From: an uncultured delta proteobacterium
Lineage (GTDB): Bacteria; Myxococcota_A; Polyangia; Haliangiales; Haliangiaceae
Direction of reading: 5' to 3'
NCBI GenBank assembly: GCA_963848295.1
Contig: CAWKDB010000010.1
Coordinates: 2,912,001-2,976,000 of the forward strand
DNA length: 64,000 bases
How positions within the stretch are numbered: position 1 is the stretch's first letter; the number at the start of each line of letters is the position of its first letter. The notes beneath the pieces were generated by a model that saw nothing but the letters and a program-made list of their open reading frames with translations, made no database searches and was not told the DNA's origin. Below, piece after piece: positions 56,462 to 64,000 of this stretch. Made by a program: the position numbers and the translations under genes.

Positions 56462-58201
56462 TCAGTAAGCGCAGGCGCTGCCGCTGTCGGCGGTCGCGCA
56501 GGCGCCGCCCGCCGGGCACAGCGGAGGCGTGCCGTTCGGATCGCACGTCGCGAAGCAACGCTTCATGTTGTCGGTGCCTAGCGCGCAGGCAAGGCCGGTC
56601 GCGCACGCGGGCTGGCCGCCGCCACACGGAGCGCCGATCACCGAGGCCGCATCATCGTACGGCGGATAGATGATCCGCCCGTGCACCGCGAGCCCGACAC
56701 CATCAGGTGGCTGATGACTCGTGTCGTTCCACGCGACCGCGAACGAGTCGCCGAGCCCGGCGGCAGACGGTCGCGTGTGATCGCCGATCGGTGCACCGCT
56801 CGCGAGCGCCGGATTCGGAATCACGAACACGTCGCCGACGGGTGAACCGGTCGGTCGCATGAGCCGCCCCGAAACTTCACAATCGGTCGAGTCGCTGTTT
56901 TGACACACATGCCAGGTCACGAGCAGCGCACCATCGGCGCGCGCCGTCACCCCGAATGACTCGTCGCCGTTCGAGCTGTCGCCTTTGCTCTGGTCGGTGA
57001 CGAGCGAAGGGCCGCTCAGGATCTGCCCCGCCGCGTTGAGTAGGTACATCGCGATCGTTCCGGCCGAGCCATCGGTGAAGTCGATCGATGCGGTGCGCAC
57101 GAACAAGGCAAAGCCGTTCGCGACCGGCGCGAGGCGGACCGCGCCGAACTGAGTCGAGGCGTCGTGATCGAGTAACGTCGTGTCGACGCCGCTGAACACC
57201 GCGTTGAGGTTCGCCGCGCGGACGTGAACGTCGGCGCCATCAGCCGTCCCTATCGTCGTGTTGACGAGCCACGCGTACATCACGCTCGCTCCGCTCGCCG
57301 CGACGGTGGCCTGACCTCCGCCGAAGTCGCCCATCACGGTCGAGACCGTGCTCGCGGCTGCGAGCGGCGAGCAGTCGGGCTGCACGATTACGGTCCGGAT
57401 CACGTTGTCGCTCGTCTGCGTTCCGGTCCATGCGACCGCGAAGTTGCCGTTCGACATCGGCGCGATCGAGACGACATCGGTGAACACCGGATCGGTCGCG
57501 ATCGAGACCTCGTCGGCGATCGCGGCGCCGCTCTCGTCGATCGAGCGGCACGCGATGCCACTGAGCTCCGCGTCGTCGAGGTAGTCCCATACCGCCATCG
57601 TCGTCGAGCCATTCGCGGCAACGGCGACGGTCGCGGTCGATTGGGTCAGGTTCGAGTTGAGATCGAACTGGTCGGTTCCGGCCGCCGCGACGCTCGTCAG
57701 CGCCTGCCCGGTCGAATCGAACCGCCGGCCGAAGATGTTGCACTCGGTGCACTGATCGCGAAAACCCGCGGTCCACGTGCCGTCGGCGAGCGCGGCGAGT
57801 TGGAAGCCCGAGGCCTCGAAGTCGTCGGACAAGAACTGATCGCCGGCGTACTCGGTGTTGATCACGAAATCGACGCTATCGAGCAGGATCGCTGCGGTCT
57901 TCGAGCCGAACGTCGTCGCGACCGTGCCCGAGCCGACCGGCTGCATGTTCTCGTCGGTCGCGGTGACTTCGATACCGAGATCGCCGCTGCGTCCGGACGC
58001 CGACACGCTGAACGTCACGGGAAACCCATGGGTGCCGAGGTCGAGCGAATCCGAGCGTGTCGACGAGTCGTTCGTCAGCGTCACTTGCAGCGCGGTCGCG
58101 TCGTGCACTGCCGCCCGGGCGTCGACCGTGACGAGCACGTACGTGTCACTGCTGCAGGCAGCGATCACGGTCGTCGCGAGGAGTGCGAGCTGCCGGTTCA
58201 T
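56462..58201 (-). CDS. Large beta-rich lipoprotein with C-terminal Cys-rich module
   Basis: IAAC lipobox, repeated AVAW/LVTW beta units, Cys-rich tail. Confidence 0.75.
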   Translation of the reverse strand: MNRQLALLATTVIAACSSDTYVLVTVDARAAVHDATALQVTLTNDSSTRSDSLDLGTHGFPVTFSVSASGRSGDLGIEVTATDENMQPVGSGTVATTFGSKTAAILLDSVDFVINTEYAGDQFLSDDFEASGFQLAALADGTWTAGFRDQCTECNIFGRRFDSTGQALTSVAAAGTDQFDLNSNLTQSTATVAVAANGSTTMAVWDYLDDAELSGIACRSIDESGAAIADEVSIATDPVFTDVVSIAPMSNGNFAVAWTGTQTSDNVIRTVIVQPDCSPLAAASTVSTVMGDFGGGQATVAASGASVMYAWLVNTTIGTADGADVHVRAANLNAVFSGVDTTLLDHDASTQFGAVRLAPVANGFALFVRTASIDFTDGSAGTIAMYLLNAAGQILSGPSLVTDQSKGDSSNGDESFGVTARADGALLVTWHVCQNSDSTDCEVSGRLMRPTGSPVGDVFVIPNPALASGAPIGDHTRPSAAGLGDSFAVAWNDTSHQPPDGVGLAVHGRIIYPPYDDAASVIGAPCGGGQPACATGLACALGTDNMKRCFATCDPNGTPPLCPAGGACATADSGSACAY

Positions 58202-58746
58202 TTGAACGGGACATTGCCGAGGTCGGTAGCGGGCGGGCTCGACTTGCCAGCTTCGATGATCCCGATCGACGCGCCGGCCGCCACGACGCCGATCCCGGTC
58301 CAGAACCACCAACGCTTGTAGATCGGCGGGCTCGGCGCGGGTCCGATCTTCACCGGTGGAGGAGCGACGAATTTATTCGCGTCGGCCCGCTGCTTCTTTT
58401 GCTCGAGGTCGTCGATCAACTGCTGCACCGAGTCCTTGTTCGGCGCGTCGGGCTCGAGCTTGAGATACTTCTGAAAGCTGAAGATCGCCTGGTCGTAGTT
58501 GTTGAGGTTGCGATAGCACTGGCCGATGTTGAACAGGAAGTCGGGGATCGGCTTGGCGTCGAACGCCTTCTGGTATTCGTCGAGTGCCTCGTCGAACTTG
58601 CCGAGCGCGAACAACTTCTCGCCGCGCTCGAAGTAGCGGCGCGATGCGCGGGTCGCCGGATCATCGGCGCGGGCGACGCGGGGAACGACCGCGACCGCGA
58701 GGACCAGCACGATCGTGGCGGCGAGACGTGACAGCGGCGAAGTCAT
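58198..58746 (-). CDS. Exported TPR protein with C-terminal TM
   Basis: Signal peptide, TPR FNIGQCYR, YKRWWFW TM. Confidence 0.85.
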   Translation of the reverse strand: MTSPLSRLAATIVLVLAVAVVPRVARADDPATRASRRYFERGEKLFALGKFDEALDEYQKAFDAKPIPDFLFNIGQCYRNLNNYDQAIFSFQKYLKLEPDAPNKDSVQQLIDDLEQKKQRADANKFVAPPPVKIGPAPSPPIYKRWWFWTGIGVVAAGASIGIIEAGKSSPPATDLGNVPFK

Positions 58747-60587
58747 TGAGGGTGGCGATGAAACGGATCGAGCGTATCGGCCGGATCGATCTTATCTGAC
58801 GGCTTCGAGTCGGTCTTGTTATCGGCGGGCTTGTCGACCGGTTTGGCGCCGACCTTGTCGGTCTTGTCGGCGCCGGGCTTCTTGTCGTGCGCCTTCGCTA
58901 CCGGGTGGCTGACGCTCGGGTGCGACTTGGGGTGATCGTCCTCGGCGACCACGCGATCGAGCGTGACCGCGAACGCGTGCTTGTCCGCGGTGAGATCGAC
59001 CTCGACGGGCTTGTCGAGATAGCCGGCGCTGCGCACGACATAGGTCCGGCGATCGGTCGGACCTCCGTCCTTCAGGTCGACCTCGAACGAGCACGGCGTG
59101 TTGCACAGCTCCGCCGAGTGCCCGTCAGCGTAGACACCGCCGCTCGGCAACGAGTCGAACCGTAACGAGATCATCGTCGGTGGCGCAGGCGTCGGTGTCG
59201 GTATTGGCGTCGGCGTCGGCGTCGGAACCGGCGTCGGAACCGGCGCCGGCATCGGCGTCTGCGTCTCGGCCACCGGCGCTGCCACATGCGCCGACTCTCC
59301 TCGACTCGCGTACAGCACCGCTCCAGTCACCCCGAGCGCCACCGCGATCGCACCTCCCGCGAGCCAGATCCACACCGGGGTCGGTGGTGGCGGCGCCGGC
59401 GTCGCCTGGCTGACGTACATCGACTGGTACCCGGTCGACGGGTGGAGCGCGGAGGCATGCAAGCTCGACGGCAACATCGGGTGCTGGCCGGACAATGCGT
59501 AATTCGGCGGGCGGGTCTCGACCTGCGCGCCGAGCATGTTGAGCAAGCCGTCGCGCAGCTCGAGGATGTGGCCGAAGCGCTGGTCCGGGTCCTTCGCGAG
59601 GCAGCGCATGATCAGCGCCTCGAGCCTCGCATCGACGTGCTGGCCACCCTGGGTCTGGCGCGGAGGCACCGGATGCTCGGTGAGATGCTTGCGGACGTAC
59701 TCGCCGAACGAGCGACCCTTGAACATCGGCTGGCCGCAGAACAGCTCGTACATGATCGCGCCGATCGAATAGATGTCGGAGCGCTGATCGAGCGCCATGC
59801 CGCCGGCTTGCTCGGGAGACATGTACGCCGGCGTGCCGATCACCGAGCCCGCTGCGGTCTGAAACCCGACATCCTCGTCGTCACGATTCACGAGCTTCGC
59901 GACGCCGAAGTCGAGCAACTTGACGAGCTCCGCGCCATCGGAGGTCGGGACCACGATCACGTTGTCGGGCTTGAGATCGCGATGGATGACGCCGACCGCG
60001 TGCGCTGCCCCCAAGCCGTCGCAGATCTGGACGAGCACGGCGAGCGCGCGCGGGAGATCGATCCCGGTGCGCGCCCAGCGCCCGAGGCTCTGGCCCTGGA
60101 GCAGCTCCATGATGATGAACGTCGTGCCGTCGTCGAGCTCGATGAAGTCGGTGACGTCGACGATGTTGCGATGGCGAACGCGGTTGACCGTCTTCGCTTC
60201 TTGGAAGAACCGCAGCACGGCATCGCGCCGGCGCGCGTAGTCGGCGCGCAGCAGCTTGAGCGCGACCTCGCGGCCGAGCTTGATGTGCTCGGCGCGATAC
60301 ACATAGCCCATGCCGCCTTTGCCGAGCAGCTCGCCGAGCCGATAGCTGCCAAGCACGTTGCCGATCCGATCTTCGGGGGCGTCGGTCGAGGCGCGCGGTC
60401 TCGGCGGTGGCCGGGTCGGCGCACGCTCGACGATCGGGCGTTGCCGGCCGCTCGGCGACTCGACGCGAGTCGGTTCGTCGCCGGTGCCGACCGCGAGCGA
60501 CGGGTGCTCGTTCGGATCGTCGTCGAACGCGTCGGCCTCGAGGGACAGCGACTGCGTCGGATCGCGGTGGCTGTCGCGCGTCGTCAT
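58743..60587 (-). CDS. Membrane Ser/Thr protein kinase
   Basis: LGKGGMG, VALK, HRDLKPDN, DFG, GTPAYMSPEQ; TM; PEGA-like tail. Confidence 0.95.
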   Translation of the reverse strand: MTTRDSHRDPTQSLSLEADAFDDDPNEHPSLAVGTGDEPTRVESPSGRQRPIVERAPTRPPPRPRASTDAPEDRIGNVLGSYRLGELLGKGGMGYVYRAEHIKLGREVALKLLRADYARRRDAVLRFFQEAKTVNRVRHRNIVDVTDFIELDDGTTFIIMELLQGQSLGRWARTGIDLPRALAVLVQICDGLGAAHAVGVIHRDLKPDNVIVVPTSDGAELVKLLDFGVAKLVNRDDEDVGFQTAAGSVIGTPAYMSPEQAGGMALDQRSDIYSIGAIMYELFCGQPMFKGRSFGEYVRKHLTEHPVPPRQTQGGQHVDARLEALIMRCLAKDPDQRFGHILELRDGLLNMLGAQVETRPPNYALSGQHPMLPSSLHASALHPSTGYQSMYVSQATPAPPPPTPVWIWLAGGAIAVALGVTGAVLYASRGESAHVAAPVAETQTPMPAPVPTPVPTPTPTPIPTPTPAPPTMISLRFDSLPSGGVYADGHSAELCNTPCSFEVDLKDGGPTDRRTYVVRSAGYLDKPVEVDLTADKHAFAVTLDRVVAEDDHPKSHPSVSHPVAKAHDKKPGADKTDKVGAKPVDKPADNKTDSKPSDKIDPADTLDPFHRHPQ

Positions 60588-60664
60588 CCGCCCTGAAGCA
60601 GATTGTACGATCCATCTTCATCGCGCACAACCAATGATTCCGCGTGGTTGTGATCGGAGTCGCG

Positions 60665-61300
60665 CTAGGGTGGGGTGCATTCACCAAGCACGTCGAGCGC
60701 GTTGGTGATCGCGAGCTTCACTTGGTCGACGGTCTCGTGCTGGAGCCGTGCACGCAGCGGAGCGATGCCGTCGGTATCGCAGAGGTCGCGCAGCGCGTTC
60801 GCGGTGCTCGCGCGGATGTCCCGGCTCGGGTGATCGAGCAGCCCAGCCAACGCCGGCTCGTCGTCGGCGACTTGCAGCGGCCCGAGCGTCTCGATCGCGG
60901 CGCGCAGCAGCAGCAGATCGGACCCGCCGTTCGCCGGTAGGTCCTCGGCTCCGAGCGTCGTGATCAGCGTGGTCAACGCGACATGGCTCGGATCGGTGTC
61001 GGCGCACGGTGGCGGATCGTCGGGCAGCGGGCAGTATTGGCCGAGCGCGTGGATCGCGCGCAACCTCACGCCGACGTCGTTCGTCGTGTCGGCGCTGATC
61101 GTCGCGAGCGACTGCGCGGTCGTCGCCGCCGAGCCCATGAACGCGGCGTTGAGCTCGACCGTCGTCGGTGCGCTGTCGAGAGCACCGAGCGTATCGAGCA
61201 CGCCTTGCGGCAAAGGCGGGGTCTCGGTGCCGTGCGCGATCGCGACGAAGATCAGCGCTGCGCCGAGCGGCACGATCAGCGGCAGCTTGCGCGCGCTCAT
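60665..61300 (-). CDS. Exported HEAT-repeat protein
   Basis: Signal/TM; VRLRAIHALG, IRASTANAL repeats. Confidence 0.75.
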   Translation of the reverse strand: MSARKLPLIVPLGAALIFVAIAHGTETPPLPQGVLDTLGALDSAPTTVELNAAFMGSAATTAQSLATISADTTNDVGVRLRAIHALGQYCPLPDDPPPCADTDPSHVALTTLITTLGAEDLPANGGSDLLLLRAAIETLGPLQVADDEPALAGLLDHPSRDIRASTANALRDLCDTDGIAPLRARLQHETVDQVKLAITNALDVLGECTPP

Positions 61301-62853
61301 CGCAGCACCGCGCTGCGCCGGAGGATGTCGCCTTGCTCGGTGCTGATGTCGTCGCCGCCGAACTCCGAGAAGTACATGAGGTTCGCGCTCGACGTGTCGC
61401 TATCGTCGATCGGATCGGTGTGGACGAGATCGAGCTCGAGGTTGTCGTACAGCCCGAGGTAGCGCGCGGCTTCGTGCGCGACGAGCCGCGACAGCTGATC
61501 CCACGACCGGTAGCACAACGTATCGAGACCGATGACGATGCCCGATTGCGCCGTGCCCGGGAGCCCGCCAGGTCCGGGGTTCGGGCCGAACGCTTCGAGG
61601 CCGATCGGCGACAGTGTGCGGACAAAGAACACGTCGAGGCCGGTGGTGTGCGAGCCGAGCGCGAGCAGCTGGCCGGCGTTCGAGACGTCGAGCCCGTCGA
61701 GCTCGGGATGGTCGAGGATGTCGTCGTAGTCCACCGTGCCCAGGTTGAGCCCGACGTGCGCGAGCACGGTGCGCAGCGTCCCCAGGAAGTCGGTCTGGAA
61801 GAACGCGGCGGACTGCGCGAGCTGCGCGGTCAACGCGCCGCCGCCGAACTGAGCCGAGCACGGATGATCTTGGAAGTTGAGGAAGTGGAGATGCAGATCG
61901 AGCGTCGCACCGTGGTCGAGCTTGACGACCGCGGTCATCCGGGGCGTCTCGGTGCCGACGGTGGTCGGAAACGGCGCGCGCAACGACGACACGTGCAGCG
62001 CATAAGCACCCTCCAGCAACGGCTGGGACGGCGCCGACAACGGGTCGGTAGGGGCCGACGGCATCGCGAGCACCGACTGGCCGAAGCCGGGTTCGTGGCG
62101 GACGAGGTTCGAGTAGTAGTCGCCGTTCGGGTCGACGAGCACGACGCCTTGATTATCGCCGGTCAGCGTGTGGACCGGCGACACGACCTTCGTCGCGCCG
62201 ACTTGCTGCGCGGCATCGTCGATCTGGAACGTGACCGCGACGCTATACGCGGTGCTCGGGACCGGCAACAGCACGTCGGCTTCTGGGCCGTCGACCGGGA
62301 TCGCCCAGGTCAATGAGCCGGTGGCCGGGATGCAACCCCAGAACGGGTAGCCGATCGCTTCGACCCGCGGGATCACCGCGCAGGTCTGGCCGAGCGCGCA
62401 GTCGCGCGAGTTGTTCGACGGCGAGCACAGGTCGACACAATGGCCGAGCGCGCATGTGCCGTTGCGACATTCATCGTCGGTCGCGCAGGTCGAGCCATCT
62501 GCGGCGCCCGAGTTTTCGGCGACGCAGCTCGCGGTCAGCGTCTGCGGCATGTTGTCGTTGAGGTTTGTCGTGCCGTCGAGCTCGCACGACAAGCCGACCT
62601 CGCACTCGGGCTCGCCGCTGCACGAGGCGCCGAGTCCGGCGGCCGACTGAGTGCATGTCCCGTCGCCGGCGCAGGCGTAGCCATCGCCGCAGTCGGGGGA
62701 TCGCTGGCACCGCGCGACGCACACGTTGCCTTGGCACTGCAGCGAGCTCTCGCAATCGCCGTTGCCGCCGCACGAATCGCCGAGCCCCCCGGAGCCAGCC
62801 GGGCAGCCGGCCAGCGCGGCGACCATCAGCGCGAAGAGTGAGCGGTATCGCAT
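61297..62853 (-). CDS. Cys-rich lipoprotein with degenerate zincin-like domain
   Basis: LAGC lipobox, Cys repeats, AHEAARYLGLYD and NLMY Met-turn. Confidence 0.75.
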   Translation of the reverse strand: MRYRSLFALMVAALAGCPAGSGGLGDSCGGNGDCESSLQCQGNVCVARCQRSPDCGDGYACAGDGTCTQSAAGLGASCSGEPECEVGLSCELDGTTNLNDNMPQTLTASCVAENSGAADGSTCATDDECRNGTCALGHCVDLCSPSNNSRDCALGQTCAVIPRVEAIGYPFWGCIPATGSLTWAIPVDGPEADVLLPVPSTAYSVAVTFQIDDAAQQVGATKVVSPVHTLTGDNQGVVLVDPNGDYYSNLVRHEPGFGQSVLAMPSAPTDPLSAPSQPLLEGAYALHVSSLRAPFPTTVGTETPRMTAVVKLDHGATLDLHLHFLNFQDHPCSAQFGGGALTAQLAQSAAFFQTDFLGTLRTVLAHVGLNLGTVDYDDILDHPELDGLDVSNAGQLLALGSHTTGLDVFFVRTLSPIGLEAFGPNPGPGGLPGTAQSGIVIGLDTLCYRSWDQLSRLVAHEAARYLGLYDNLELDLVHTDPIDDSDTSSANLMYFSEFGGDDISTEQGDILRRSAVLR

Positions 62854-62926
62854 CGCGATGCGATTCCCGGCACAGACGCGCGAGGAGCCGCACACCGAGT
62901 ATATAATGTCGCCGCCTGGGGGAATC

Positions 62927-63772
62927 ATGCGTTTCGTCACGAGCTTGACCGTGTTGTTCATCGCCGGAACTGCCGTCGCGGGGCCCGCGCTCGACGATGA
63001 CAAGAACGCCACACCGACCCCGGCGCCCGCGCCGGCTGCGTCCGGCACGGACCCCACCGCCGCTGGAGGCGGAGCGGGCACCGCTGCACCGACGACCGAG
63101 GCGCCTAGCCCCTTGGCCGAGAAAGTCTCGTACGGCTTCGACATTCGACTGCGCAGCGAGTGGGTGCCGCAGGCGATCCTCGGCCTGTTCATGAAGTCGT
63201 CGCCGGGCGGTGCTCAGAGCGCAGCGATCGGCGCCGATTTTGTACGCCGGCGTGGCGACACCGAGCTCGCGTTCGGCATGGAGTACGAGCAGATCAACCC
63301 CAAGCAGGGCGTCTACGTTCAGAGCAACAGCAACGTCGCGGACGGCGACACCGTCGACTACATCCTGTCGCCCGAGAATGCCGGCAGCAACTTCGGCTGG
63401 GTCACGTTCGAGTTCACGTTCATCGGCCACAAGCCGTTCAACAAGTACGTCTCGTTCCGCTACGGCATCGGCGCTGGCCTTGGCGTCCTGACCGGAGGTC
63501 TCTATCGGATCGACACGCAGTGCGCGGCCGGCACGACCGACGCGACCGCGGCGACCGGCTGCGTTCCCCCGCCATACGGTCAAACCGGTACCGTCTCGCC
63601 CGACCACCCCGGCGATCCCGAGCCGGGCAAGTACGACCTGCCGCCGGTCTTCCCGGTCTTGAACGCCCTCGTCGGCTTCCAGTTCCACCCGGTCGAGCAC
63701 ATCGTCATCAACCTCGAAGGCGGCCTCCATACGTTACCCTTCGTCGGCCTCTCGGTCGGCGCGATGTGGTGA
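62927..63772 (+). CDS. Putative outer-membrane beta-barrel protein
   Basis: Signal peptide, alternating hydrophobic strands, C-terminal Trp. Confidence 0.7.
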   Translation: MRFVTSLTVLFIAGTAVAGPALDDDKNATPTPAPAPAASGTDPTAAGGGAGTAAPTTEAPSPLAEKVSYGFDIRLRSEWVPQAILGLFMKSSPGGAQSAAIGADFVRRRGDTELAFGMEYEQINPKQGVYVQSNSNVADGDTVDYILSPENAGSNFGWVTFEFTFIGHKPFNKYVSFRYGIGAGLGVLTGGLYRIDTQCAAGTTDATAATGCVPPPYGQTGTVSPDHPGDPEPGKYDLPPVFPVLNALVGFQFHPVEHIVINLEGGLHTLPFVGLSVGAMW

Positions 63773-63866
63773 CGCTGTCTCTATTGTCAACTTAGGTCGA
63801 ATCTCGCGTTCTGGAGATCGCGGTAATTACGAGCGTTTCGCCGGGGACGCTGTCTCTATTGTCACC
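63768..63866 (+). repeat. Paired 24-bp direct-repeat element (63768-63791, 63843-63866)
   Basis: Period 75 bp; fills the whole gap between two convergent stop codons. Confidence 0.95.
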
Positions 63867-64000
63867 TAACGCTTGCGCCGCAAGTCGCCGACGCGGAGCG
63901 TGAGCTTCTCGGCATCGAAGTACTCGGCGAGCGGGATCGTGAACTTCCGGCTCGCGCCGGTCAGCTCCTTCCACTGCTGAGCATCGATCGTGCCGTGCGC
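63866..64000 (-). CDS. selB: Selenocysteine-specific elongation factor, C-terminal winged helix (partial)
   Basis: Manual translation ...WKELTGASRKFTIPLAEYFDAEKLTLRVGDLRRKR*. Confidence 0.85.
   Translation of the reverse strand, partial: AHGTIDAQQWKELTGASRKFTIPLAEYFDAEKLTLRVGDLRRKR

Overview
High-GC bacterial chromosome segment spanning the replication origin. It probably comes from a myxobacterium (Myxococcota), inferred from CdnL, FHA/TPR, Ser/Thr kinase, DUF4388 regulator and Cys-rich lipoprotein genes. It contains the rpmH-rnpA-yidD-yidC-jag-mnmE and dnaA-dnaN-recF-gyrB block with DnaA boxes and an AT-rich unwinding region, two parS palindromes bracketing a 50-bp tandem repeat, bioFAD, many housekeeping genes and the 3' end of selB. 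The most striking unexplained structure is a dispersed non-coding element found at 9 loci. Each is 2-3 direct copies of a 24-bp motif (GGKGACGCTGTCTCTWTTGTCAAC) at a nearly invariant 73-75 bp period (65 bp at one locus) around diverged ~50-bp spacers. At 7 of 9 loci it sits in sense orientation at or across the 3' end of a gene. No transposase, recombinase or cas gene is visible in the window. Other candidates: an M48 peptidase/dynamin/TPR-dynamin operon, a histone-tailed Tdi1-like immunity protein in the pal-cpoB operon, and recF in frame with dnaN behind a single TAG. bioA and mnmE carry single-base indels that are probably assembly errors. All calls come from reading the sequence and motifs by eye; no database search was run.
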